Shown: one piece after another, positions 10,388-21,272 of the stretch
Position numbering within the stretch: position 1 is the first letter of the stretch
How the letters are laid out: each line of letters starts with the position of its first letter
DNA from: Nitrosospira sp. Is2
Lineage (GTDB): Bacteria > Pseudomonadota > Gammaproteobacteria > Burkholderiales > Nitrosomonadaceae
Direction: 5' to 3'
DNA: 32,000 nucleotides
NCBI RefSeq assembly: GCF_033095785.1
Contig: NZ_CP137134.1
Coordinates: 2,311,774-2,343,773, forward strand
Made by a program: the position numbers and the translations under genes
Notes under the pieces: model-generated
Database searches by the model: none
What the model saw: the letters and a program-made list of their open reading frames with translations, nothing else
What the model was told of the DNA's origin: nothing

Positions 10388-12583
10388 TCAAAACTCAAGG
10401 GGATCTACGTCCAATATCCACCGCACCTTGCGGCTCGGAAGCGCGTCGAGTCTTGATCTCCACCCCGCGAGGAATGCCTGTAGTTGTTTGCGGGAGCCGC
10501 ACTGCGCCAGCAGATACGCCCGCTCCATTCCCTTGAGGCGTGACATTTGGGCGGGCACAGGATCGAATACTTCGACTTCTTCCGGCGCCTGCGCGATAGA
10601 TGCCGCGCTGGCGAGAAAACTCAGCGCCACGCCAATCTCCGGCGCCTCCGCTCGCAATAAAGCCTGATACACGAAAGGCGGGAATCCCGCCGCTCTTCTC
10701 TCTTCCAGCAACGTTCGGGCTAGCGCGTCATAATCCTGCTTCTGAAGCGCATGATATAGCGGATGACCAGGGAACTCCGTTTGAATCAATACCTCTCCTT
10801 CAATACCCGAGCGTCCCGCACGGCCAGCGACTTGCATCAACTGCGCAAATAAACGCTCGGAAGCACGAAAATCGGTACTGTATAGCGAAGCGTCCGAATT
10901 CAGTATGGCCACGAGCGACAGATTGGGGAAATCATGCCCCTTGGCTAGAATCTGCGTTCCGACAAGAATGTCCACCCGCTTTTCCTGGATGTCTTTCAGC
11001 ATCTGTGGCCACGCATCTTTACGGCGCGTGCTGTCGCGATCAATGCGCATGACGCGGGCGTCAGGAAAGCATTCTGCCAGCGTGGCCGCCACGCGTTGCG
11101 TGCCGTGTCCGAAAGGCGCGATATCCTGATCGCCGCATTGGGGACAGGCGTTGGGGAAGCGTTCCCGGTGCCCGCAATGGTGGCAACGCAATTGTTTTTC
11201 GCGCAGGTATACCACCAAGCGGCTGGCGCAGCGATGGCAAGCCGCCGCCCATCCGCACGATCTGCACAGCAATACTGGCGAGTAGCCGCGGCGGTTGATA
11301 AACACAAGACTTTGCTGGTTTAATGCCAGACATCTTGCCAGTGCGGCGGTCGCTGGAGCCGAAAGGCCGTCTGTGGCTCGGGTGGTCCGCATATCAACAC
11401 AACGTACGACCGGCAGCGAGGCGTTCTTCACCGCGCGTAACGGTAATCGAAGTCGGGTGTAGCGGCCGCTCAGAGCGGCATGGTAACTCTCCAGAGAAGG
11501 GGTGGCGGATCCCAATATCACCGGCACGCCAGCTTGTTTGGCACGAAATACCGCCACATCTCGGGCAGAATAGCGCAATCCCTCCTGTTGTTTAAACGAC
11601 GGATCATGCTCCTCATCCACTATTATCAATCCCAGCTTTGGCAGTGGGGTAAAAACTGCGAGACGCGTTCCAAGTATGAGCTGAGCTTCTGCCTGTTGCG
11701 CTTGCAGCCAGCCGGCTGCACGCTCAGACGGGTTGAGCCCGCTGTGGAGGCTTACCAATCGCACAGCTGGAAAGCGGGCGCGGAAGCTGGCTTCCAATTG
11801 TGGCGTGAGGTTGATTTCAGGCACCAGTACGAGCGTTTGCCGCGCTTGCCGGAGTAAAAGCGATATAAGGCGCAGGTAGACCTCTGTTTTTCCACTCCCC
11901 GTGATTCCATGCAATAGCCAGACGTGGAATTCATTTGCTTTCGTCGTGATGGCATCGACCGCGTTTTTCTGAGCGGGGGTCAGCACGGGCGATGTCTTTG
12001 ATTCGTCGAAGATCCTGTAGCCGGGGCATGAAACCGGGATTTCTTCCACCCATCCTGCGGCGATGAAGTCCTTGATAGCCTTCACAGCCCGGCTGGAGAT
12101 TTCTCTTGCCTCGCTCATGCTCATCCCGCCTTGTCCTTGCAGGCGTGCCAAAAGCCTGCGCTTGACGATACTCCGCGCGGGAACGTGGGATAAATCAGTC
12201 GATTCCCCTGTCGCCGTGAGGCGATATCGCAAATCAGCGTCAGCCCTTTTTACAAAGGGTTTATTGCTGCGCAACCTGGAGGGCAACCCGTTGAGGACGA
12301 CCTCGCCCAGAGGATGATGGTAATAATCGCCACAAAAACGGAATAGATCGAGCAGGTCCTTTGGCAGGGGAGGGACATCGCGGAAAACATGACTGGCATA
12401 GCGGAGCCGTTGGGGCGGCACGGCGGAGTGAGCCATCACTTCTATGATTACGCCCGTGAGCGTATTTTTGCCGAATGGAACGCGCACACGAAGGCCGATG
12501 TCTCGCGCGGATATTTCGTCAGGTGCTAGGTAGTCGAACAAGGTGTTCACAGGAACATCGAGTGCAACGCGAATGATAGGCAT
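10388..12583 (-). CDS. priA: Primosomal replication restart helicase PriA
   Basis: 731 aa. Contains Walker A LLHGITGSGKTEVY, a DEEHD box and the Cys-rich zinc-binding insert (CRSCGW..CHRC..CHHCG..CPQCG). Confidence 0.95.
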   Translation of the reverse strand: MPIIRVALDVPVNTLFDYLAPDEISARDIGLRVRVPFGKNTLTGVIIEVMAHSAVPPQRLRYASHVFRDVPPLPKDLLDLFRFCGDYYHHPLGEVVLNGLPSRLRSNKPFVKRADADLRYRLTATGESTDLSHVPARSIVKRRLLARLQGQGGMSMSEAREISSRAVKAIKDFIAAGWVEEIPVSCPGYRIFDESKTSPVLTPAQKNAVDAITTKANEFHVWLLHGITGSGKTEVYLRLISLLLRQARQTLVLVPEINLTPQLEASFRARFPAVRLVSLHSGLNPSERAAGWLQAQQAEAQLILGTRLAVFTPLPKLGLIIVDEEHDPSFKQQEGLRYSARDVAVFRAKQAGVPVILGSATPSLESYHAALSGRYTRLRLPLRAVKNASLPVVRCVDMRTTRATDGLSAPATAALARCLALNQQSLVFINRRGYSPVLLCRSCGWAAACHRCASRLVVYLREKQLRCHHCGHRERFPNACPQCGDQDIAPFGHGTQRVAATLAECFPDARVMRIDRDSTRRKDAWPQMLKDIQEKRVDILVGTQILAKGHDFPNLSLVAILNSDASLYSTDFRASERLFAQLMQVAGRAGRSGIEGEVLIQTEFPGHPLYHALQKQDYDALARTLLEERRAAGFPPFVYQALLRAEAPEIGVALSFLASAASIAQAPEEVEVFDPVPAQMSRLKGMERAYLLAQCGSRKQLQAFLAGWRSRLDALPSRKVRWILDVDPLEF

Positions 12584-13008
12584 GGGAATATGGACACTGG
12601 AGCCAGTGAAACAGACAATTATGCCCGGACGCCGCGGTGACGTGAGAGGCGATCGCAGTAAGGTGGGGAATTTAACCCCGACAGTTACCGGCTTAATTCC
12701 GCGCCGGATCTGGGGTTGGCGTGTCGGGACTTCTTACATTGTACCCGGGTAAGCCTGTTTTTGTTTCTCAAGCTCTTGATTTACGGAATCCACTAGGGGT
12801 TGGCATAAGATATGCTTTTAACCGAAGCGATGCACTGTCCGTGCCGCACGCTAGTGGACGGATCGATTCCGCTGGGGTAATGGCAACAACGGATTTCGGT
12901 TTTCTTATCAAGGGCCAAAAAACGTTGAGAAGAAGGCTGAGCCATTAGGCGCTCTTTTCGTCAGGGGATGCGGGGATATTGCTGAGTATTGTAGTGCTGA
13001 CAAACTGC

Positions 13009-13037
13009 TTGACTTGGTTGATCTTCGCGGATAGTCT
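13009..13037 (+). promoter_or_regulatory. Candidate sigma70 promoter for amoC (TTGACT - 17 nt - TAGTCT)
   Basis: The -35 TTGACT lies at 13009-13014, the spacer is 17 nt, and the -10-like TAGTCT lies at 13032-13037. It sits ~225 nt upstream of the amoC ATG. This is sequence match only, with no transcript data. Confidence 0.35.
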
Positions 13038-13051
13038 TTACAGGGTTGTGG

Positions 13052-13154
13052 GTATGTAAAGTATATGTAACATTGGTATTGATATTGGTATTTCAAGGGG
13101 TATTTCGGGGATATCAGTATTTTAGTGTTGTTAAATTGGTAATGGTTCAGTATT
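13052..13154 (+). repeat. Cluster of short GTAT(T) direct repeats, including three GGTATT copies at an exact 12-bp period
   Basis: GGTATT starts at 13075, 13087 and 13099. ATTGGTATT occurs at 13072 and 13084, and GGTATTTC at 13087 and 13099. Further GTAT(T) copies lie at 13052, 13061, 13117 and 13150, with a degenerate GGTAAT at 13138. Confidence 0.8.
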
Positions 13155-13226
13155 AGGAAAGAGGAAAGGGGAAGCGCCACAGCCCTGGGAGGAAGAAGGG
13201 GAAGGGGGCGGTTCCTGAGGAAGAAG
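13155..13226 (+). repeat. Polypurine tract with Shine-Dalgarno-like GAGGAA every 28 nt
   Basis: All-purine runs occupy 13155-13174 (20 nt), 13187-13208 (22 nt) and 13217-13226 (10 nt). GAGGAA starts at 13161, 13189 and 13217. The true amoC RBS AGGAG is at 13250-13254. Confidence 0.85.
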
Positions 13227-13229
13227 TAG

Positions 13230-14078
<849 letters not shown>

Positions 14079-14105
14079 TCGGTTAAGAGGCTGATTGAAA
14101 GTCCT

Positions 14106-14154
14106 GCTGCGGCCGCCCCCCGCCCCGGAACACCGGGAGAGGAGCGGCCGCAGC
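14106..14154 (+). other. Nested GC-rich stem-loop in the amoC-amoA spacer
   Basis: An 11-bp perfect stem pairs gctgcggccgc (14106-14116) with gcggccgcagc (14144-14154). It encloses an inner hairpin, cccgg-aaca-ccggg (14124-14137). Two smaller hairpins follow, at 14166-14190 and 14192-14205. Confidence 0.7.
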
Positions 14155-14303
14155 GACAGCGGCCAGGCACTGGCAGGATCCTAGTGCCAGCGCTGCACGG
14201 GCAGCCAGAGACGAACGAAGGGGAAGGCACCCGGGTAGAGGCCGCAGGCAAGACAGCAGCACGGCAGCACAACATTCTGTTTAAAGATTTATAGATTATT
14301 TGA

Positions 14304-16391
<2,088 letters not shown>

Positions 16392-16398
16392 GCAAACC

Positions 16399-16427
16399 TG
16401 AGGAACCTGTAGACGAAAGGTTCCTCA
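16399..16427 (+). other. Perfect 10-bp hairpin immediately after the amoB stop
   Basis: tgaggaacct (16399-16408) pairs with aggttcctca (16418-16427) around a 9-nt loop. No U-tract follows. Confidence 0.6.
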
Positions 16428-16429
16428 AA

Positions 16430-16479
16430 ACACCGGTCCGCCGCCGTCAACAGACGGAAAGGTGGATCGGTGTTTTTTT
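16430..16479 (+). terminator. Rho-independent terminator downstream of amoB
   Basis: acaccggtcc (16430-16439) pairs with ggatcggtgt (16464-16473), with one G-U pair. There is an inner ccgtc-aaca-gacgg hairpin, and the structure runs into a T7 tract (16473-16479). Confidence 0.75.
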
Positions 16480-16601
16480 AACGCGTAAGAAATATAAAAA
16501 CGGCAACTGAAACAGCAATGACTCCGCTCCGGCGCTAAAATAGCGGGGACGGAAAGCCGATAGCGAACAGCGTTGTAATATGCAAGCGAGAGGATTCTTT
16601 C

Positions 16602-17171
16602 GTGGTTAGGCAAGTGACACAGGCAGGCGCGCTCATCCTGATTGCGGCACTCTATGCCGGCAACGTGGCCGCGCATGGACGAGAATCGATGGAAGAAGAC
16701 AGCTGCGTACGCCGCATAGGCGAGAACATGGTGCATTTGAGCGCCTACCAGCCGCAATTTGACGCCAGCGCCCAATACTGCACCGAAATACCCAAGATTG
16801 GAGACACCACCCTGGTAGTGGACCTCATAGATCCTGCGATGCGCGAGATGTCCATCGGCATGCGGGTGATAAAAGGCACCAACGCAGAGGAAGACGAAAC
16901 CGTCTCCCACGTGCGTCCGAGCGTCCATCCTGACGGCGTCATCAGGGGAGAGACGAGCCTCGATCAGGGGCTCTACACCGTCATCATTACCGCCGAGGGT
17001 CTTCCGCCCTTGCGCTACCAATACCCCCTGCGAGTGCAGATGGTCAATTACAGCAACATATTCCGCGCCGCGGTCGTGCCGCTCATCGGCCTGCTGCTCT
17101 TGACCCTGCTGGGATACAAACTCATGAAATCCAAGCGCGTGGAACGCTGGCGCGCACAGCGCCGCTCATAG
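16602..17171 (+). CDS. amoE: AmoE (orf4), PmoD/AmoD-family periplasmic copper-protein paralog with C-terminal TM anchor
   Basis: 189 aa with a GTG start and a GAGAGGA RBS 8 nt upstream. It has a signal peptide ...NVAA followed by HG, and a C-terminal helix VVPLIGLLLLTLLGY followed by basic residues. It aligns without gaps to the next ORF, with 22/68 identities counted by hand. Its position directly after amoCAB matches orf4 of betaproteobacterial ammonia oxidisers. Confidence 0.85.
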   Translation: MVRQVTQAGALILIAALYAGNVAAHGRESMEEDSCVRRIGENMVHLSAYQPQFDASAQYCTEIPKIGDTTLVVDLIDPAMREMSIGMRVIKGTNAEEDETVSHVRPSVHPDGVIRGETSLDQGLYTVIITAEGLPPLRYQYPLRVQMVNYSNIFRAAVVPLIGLLLLTLLGYKLMKSKRVERWRAQRRS

Positions 17172-17233
17172 GCAACCAAAAGTAGATAGACAGCAGATAG
17201 ACGATTCCTCAATTCTTATAGGCGATTTTGATA

Positions 17234-17830
17234 ATGTCCTTACAATTTCTCAAGCCGGCCTTCGTATGCCTGATGCTTGTCATCGGCCTTCCATACGCTG
17301 CGCAGGTGCAGGCCCACGGCGGACTCTCCCTGGCTGACGACGTATGCAAACTTACCATCGGCCCCTACACCATGCACTTTACCGGTTACCAGCCGGATAG
17401 TACCCAGGAGAAGGAATTCTGCGAAGACATTCCGGCTACCGGGCGCACCGTGGTCGCGCTTGACTACATCGAAGAAGCGCTGCGTCCCCTGCCCACCGAA
17501 GTGCGCATCATTCGCGACACCGGCCCCGGCGGCGGCCAGCCTGGACCGGAAGAACAGCAAAACCTGGAGGGCATCACCATCCTGCACGTTCCGGCCAAGG
17601 TCTACCCCAATGGCTCCATCAACTTTGAATACCAGTTTGCCCAGCCTGGCAAATTCGTGGGCCTCGTGACCGTGGGTGAAAAGGGTGAATATGTGTCACG
17701 CTTCCCATTCTCGGTAGGCGAACCCAAGGGCACCTCGCCCTATCTCATCGTCGGCATTGCCGCGCTCGTGGTCGCCGCCGTGGTATTCTTCCTGCGCGGG
17801 CGCAAATCGGCCGATATGGGCGCCGCATAA
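17234..17830 (+). CDS. amoD: AmoD (orf5), PmoD/AmoD-family periplasmic copper-protein paralog with C-terminal TM anchor
   Basis: 198 aa from the ATG at 17234 (the track's TTG at 17228 is a less likely start). It has a signal peptide ...VQA followed by HG and a C-terminal helix YLIVGIAALVVAAVVFFL followed by RGRK. It shares the H-G..C...IG...MH..YQP....C..IP..G.T..D.I pattern with the upstream paralog. Confidence 0.87.
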   Translation: MSLQFLKPAFVCLMLVIGLPYAAQVQAHGGLSLADDVCKLTIGPYTMHFTGYQPDSTQEKEFCEDIPATGRTVVALDYIEEALRPLPTEVRIIRDTGPGGGQPGPEEQQNLEGITILHVPAKVYPNGSINFEYQFAQPGKFVGLVTVGEKGEYVSRFPFSVGEPKGTSPYLIVGIAALVVAAVVFFLRGRKSADMGAA

Positions 17831-17990
17831 CACTGGCGCAGCCGTTTCGCAGAACCTGGGCCCATGGGTCCGGACGGCGGTTGCGGCTGTGCTAGAACCA
17901 AACTGAAGCAATGCAGTCAAACAACCATACCTGCGCCGCCAACAGGGGCATTTGCCCGCGAGAGCGCGGCGGTCAGAACGAGGAGCAAGA

Positions 17991-18401
17991 ATGCAACCAT
18001 TGATGATTCCGGTCCTGAAGCGGCTCATGATGGGCAGCGCCCTCATCATGGCGCTGGGAGCGAGCCTGCATAGCGCCCCGGTGCTGGCGCACGCCATGTT
18101 GGTCAAGGCCGAGCCGGCGCGCCGCGCCGTGCTCTCCCAGCCGCCTGCGCAAGTGCGGCTCTGGTTTAACGAAGAAATCGAAAAGGATTACGCCTCGCTT
18201 GCCGTGCTTGACGGGGCCAAGGCCGCGGTGACCGATGCCAAGCCCACGATTGCCGCAGACGACCCCAAGGCCATAGTTCTGGCATTGCCGGAACTGGCGC
18301 CGGGCAAATACACAGTCAAGTTCCGGGTACTGTCGGTGGACGGCCACGTAGTTGACACGTCCTACGACTTCACAGTAAAGAGCAAAGCGCAAGAGAAATG
18401 A
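17991..18401 (+). CDS. copC: CopC-family periplasmic copper-binding protein
   Basis: 136 aa from the ATG at 17991, with a GAGGAG RBS 6 nt upstream. The track's 17952 start lacks an RBS. The signal peptide ends VLA followed by HAMLVKAEP, and the C-terminus LSVDGHVVDTSYDFTV is typical of CopC/YobA. The stop overlaps the copD start (ATGA at 18398-18401). Confidence 0.9.
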   Translation: MQPLMIPVLKRLMMGSALIMALGASLHSAPVLAHAMLVKAEPARRAVLSQPPAQVRLWFNEEIEKDYASLAVLDGAKAAVTDAKPTIAADDPKAIVLALPELAPGKYTVKFRVLSVDGHVVDTSYDFTVKSKAQEK

Positions 18402-20512
18402 TCGAGGTCATCGCGACGCTCCTGCGCTGGTTACAGCTCGCGTCCAACATGATCCTGGTCGGCGGCTGCGTCTTTCTGGCAATCGCCGGGACCTTCCACT
18501 CCCCCTGGGTTACCCGCCTGGAGCGCCTGCTTCCCTGGCTCTGCTTGATCCTCCTGATCGGGCTGCTGGGCATTTTAGCCACCACCACGGCACAGGCCAC
18601 CGGCATCAGCGAGAACGCCTGGCGCCCGCAAGTCTGGCTCGCACTCCTGCAAAACACCCGCATGGGACAGATATGGATAGGGCGGGTCATCTGCGCCCTG
18701 ATCGTCACCGCCATCGCCCTCTATTTGCGCTACTCCGAGCGTGCGCGCTGGAAATACGTGCTGTGCGCCACCGCTGCCGCCCTGACCTTGACTGTCGGCT
18801 CCCTTGCCAGCCATTCCGCGGCCGAAGAACTGTCAGTGGTATCGATATTGCCCTATGCCCTGCACATCATCCTGGCCAGCGTCTGGTTCGGCGCCCTGCC
18901 CGCCTTCCTGGTGGTGTGCTATGCCTGCACCGAGCCTGCCTCATCCAATCCGGGCAATCCGACGGGCAGCCAGCCCTCCATGCGCGCGGGCATCCAGACC
19001 GAAGCCATCCAGCGCATCCATGCCCTGTTCCAGTCACGCGAAGAAGCGGTCATGGCCGATGCCCAGGCATTGAAGCGTTTCTCCGCCATGGCCCTGCCGG
19101 TCATGCTGGCGGTGATTGCCACCGGCGTCATCATCACCGACCGCATGGTCGACACCAGCTATGGCGCGCTCGTGGCCACTTCATACGGCTGGCTGCTCGA
19201 TGCCAAGATCGCCCTGCTGGTGATCGTACTTATCATTGCCGCGCGCGCCCGCTCCACCTGGCTGCCGCTGCTGTCCCAGCGTGCTGACTCTAACCTGGCG
19301 CAAGCCGGCGGACAGAGGCTGCGCAAATGGGTCAGCTTCGAATTCGTGCTCGCCTTAGGCATTGTGCTCCTGGCCACCATCGTGGCCAACACCGTGCCAG
19401 CCAAGCACGCCCTCATCCAGACCTGGCCCTATTCCTTCCGCTTCTCCATCGCCGCCACCTGGGGCGATCAGGCCGTCATGATGCGGGTCTGGAGCGGTGT
19501 GGCGCTGCTCTTGCTCTCCGGCGTGATCTTCACCCTGGGCAATCTCAAAAAATGGGACAAGAAACGCCGCTTCGGCATCCCGGCGCTGCTTCTGGCCCTG
19601 GCCGCAGGCGTAGGCTTGCCGCCGCTTGCCATCGACGCCTATCCGGAAACCTATCGCAAGACCCCGGTGCCGTTTGACACCATCTCCATTGCCAACGGCT
19701 CGGCCCTGTTCGCCGAGAACTGCGTGGCCTGTCATGGTTCCCAGGGCAAGGGCGATGGCGTCATGGCCAAGAGCTTTGCCAAGCCACCGGTGGACATGCT
19801 CACTGAACCGCACACCGCCAAGCATACCGCAGGCGACTTCTTCCACTGGCTCACCTTCGGCATCCCCGATACCGGCATGCCGGTATTTGCCGACAAGCTC
19901 TCCGAAGAGGATCGCTGGGATGTGGTCAATTACCTGCATGCCATGTCGCGCGGCTATCAGGCGCGCCTGATGAGCCCCAGCGTCAAGCCCGAGCAGCCCC
20001 AGCCTTCCATGGGCCCGCCCAATTTCTCCTACGTCGCCCACGATGGCTCAAGCGGCACACTAAAGGATTTCCGCGGCCAGAAGAACGTGCTGCTGGTGCT
20101 GTTCTCGTGGCCGCAATCGCGCGAGCGTATGGAGCAGCTGCAGCAGCTCCATACCGAGCTTGGGCGCGCCAACACAGTGCTCCTGGCCGTGCCCGAGGAT
20201 GATCCCGATGCGCAGGAGCTGGCCCAGATCAAGGCGGAGGTTCCCTTCCCGGTGGTGACCGAAGGCGCCCACGAGATCGTGAAAAGCTATGCCCTGTTCC
20301 GTCGCACCCTGAGCAAGCCCGACCTGCTGGGTCCGGGCACCTTGCCCGAGCACATGGAGTTCCTGGTGGACCGCTTCGGCTATCTGCGCGCACGCTGGAT
20401 TGCCGATGCCGATGGCCCCGGCTGGAGCAATCCCCAGTCCCTCATGCAGCAGGTCGCACAACTCAATCGCGAAAAGGAAATACTCCCCCCACCAGGCGAC
20501 CATGTGCATTGA
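18398..20512 (+). CDS. copD: CopD-family membrane protein fused to a c-type cytochrome domain and a C-terminal thioredoxin-fold-like domain
   Basis: 704 aa. The N-terminal ~430 aa are polytopic and CopD-like. The heme motif CVACH lies at 19721-19735, with a downstream GMPVF as the likely Met ligand region. The last ~165 aa resemble AhpC/TSA or redoxin proteins (DFRGQKNVLLVLFSWPQS...VLLAVPEDD) but have no Cys at the active-site position. Confidence 0.85.
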   Translation: MIEVIATLLRWLQLASNMILVGGCVFLAIAGTFHSPWVTRLERLLPWLCLILLIGLLGILATTTAQATGISENAWRPQVWLALLQNTRMGQIWIGRVICALIVTAIALYLRYSERARWKYVLCATAAALTLTVGSLASHSAAEELSVVSILPYALHIILASVWFGALPAFLVVCYACTEPASSNPGNPTGSQPSMRAGIQTEAIQRIHALFQSREEAVMADAQALKRFSAMALPVMLAVIATGVIITDRMVDTSYGALVATSYGWLLDAKIALLVIVLIIAARARSTWLPLLSQRADSNLAQAGGQRLRKWVSFEFVLALGIVLLATIVANTVPAKHALIQTWPYSFRFSIAATWGDQAVMMRVWSGVALLLLSGVIFTLGNLKKWDKKRRFGIPALLLALAAGVGLPPLAIDAYPETYRKTPVPFDTISIANGSALFAENCVACHGSQGKGDGVMAKSFAKPPVDMLTEPHTAKHTAGDFFHWLTFGIPDTGMPVFADKLSEEDRWDVVNYLHAMSRGYQARLMSPSVKPEQPQPSMGPPNFSYVAHDGSSGTLKDFRGQKNVLLVLFSWPQSRERMEQLQQLHTELGRANTVLLAVPEDDPDAQELAQIKAEVPFPVVTEGAHEIVKSYALFRRTLSKPDLLGPGTLPEHMEFLVDRFGYLRARWIADADGPGWSNPQSLMQQVAQLNREKEILPPPGDHVH

Positions 20513-20627
20513 CTGCGACGTAAGAATAAAGGCTAGCGAGTAGTGCCGACGGCGGTGCTGCCTTCGCGGACGACGCTGTGGGCCGGTTTGTGGTGAGTTA
20601 AAATGCCCACAAGATGAAACCAAGGGA

Positions 20628-21272
20628 TTACTCGGGCGCGTCGTCTGCCGGGGTGTCAGGAATCGGTAACAATCCCATCGTTCCTTTCTGCTCAATGACC
20701 GAGCCCAGCTCATCCAACGGTGGCAGTTCGGCTAGCGAGCGCAGGTTCAGGTCGTTGAGAAAGTTTGCCGTTGTACCGTAAAGGGCTGGCCTGCCTGGAA
20801 CATCGCGATGACCGATTGCCGCTATCCAGCCACGCGACTCCAACGCCTTAAGTATGGTCCCCGACACGGAAACTCCGCGAATTTCCTCAATGTCGCCACG
20901 TGTCACGGGTTGCCGATACGCGATGATCGCAAGCGTCTCAAGCACGGCGCGCGAGTAGCGCGGCGGTCTTTGCGGGTTGATGCGATCGAGAAACTTTTGC
21001 ATCTCCGGTTTAGCCTGAAAGCGCCAGCCGCTGGCAACATTTACCAGCTCTACCCCTTTCCCTTCCCAGTCCCGACGCAATTCCTCCAGTAGCCTGCGCA
21101 GCACTTCAGCGCTCAGCTCTTCGTCGAAAATCTTTCTGAGATCGGAGAGGGGCAATGGTTCCTGGGCCGTGAGCAACGCCACTTCCAGGATCCGCTTGAT
21201 TTCCGCAGGATTGCCGGGGCTGACCACGCCTATGGAACTAGATGACGGAGAGGGTACTAACCGGCCTGACAT
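20628..21272 (-). CDS. scpB: Segregation and condensation protein B
   Basis: [21 protein letters not shown] and [15 protein letters not shown] fit the winged-helix repeats of ScpB. The gene lies downstream of scpA. I prefer the ATG at 21272 over the track's GTG at 21290; either start overlaps scpA. Confidence 0.88.
   Translation of the reverse strand: MSGRLVPSPSSSSIGVVSPGNPAEIKRILEVALLTAQEPLPLSDLRKIFDEELSAEVLRRLLEELRRDWEGKGVELVNVASGWRFQAKPEMQKFLDRINPQRPPRYSRAVLETLAIIAYRQPVTRGDIEEIRGVSVSGTILKALESRGWIAAIGHRDVPGRPALYGTTANFLNDLNLRSLAELPPLDELGSVIEQKGTMGLLPIPDTPADDAPE

Noticed and set aside
12688-12768. Possible small RNA with terminator (ggctta...taagcc followed by gtttttgtttctc)
   Set aside because: The only pairing adjacent to the T-rich run is a 6-bp stem closing a ~53-nt loop, with 4-5-bp inner helices. 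That is too weak to call a terminator or sRNA without expression or covariation data.
13052-13226. Considered whether the short repeats upstream of amoC could be a CRISPR array or minisatellite
   Set aside because: The repeat units are only 5-9 nt, with 12-28-nt periods and no spacer/repeat architecture. No cas genes are present.
16425-17021. 198-aa ORF antisense to amoE and the amoB terminator
   Set aside because: It runs through a terminator and opposite a gene with clear signal-peptide and paralog support. It has no RBS or motif.
17864-18073. 69-aa ORF starting MGPDGGCGCARTKLKQC in the amoD-copC spacer
   Set aside because: It overlaps the copC start region in another frame and has no RBS. 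Its C-terminal half is the out-of-frame translation of the copC signal peptide.
19355-20713. Two long minus-strand ORFs (228 aa and 217 aa) opposite the copD 3' half
   Set aside because: Both are antisense to the cytochrome c / thioredoxin-like region, which has convincing motifs. The second also runs across the copD-scpB spacer into scpB in the wrong frame. Their composition matches antisense artefacts.
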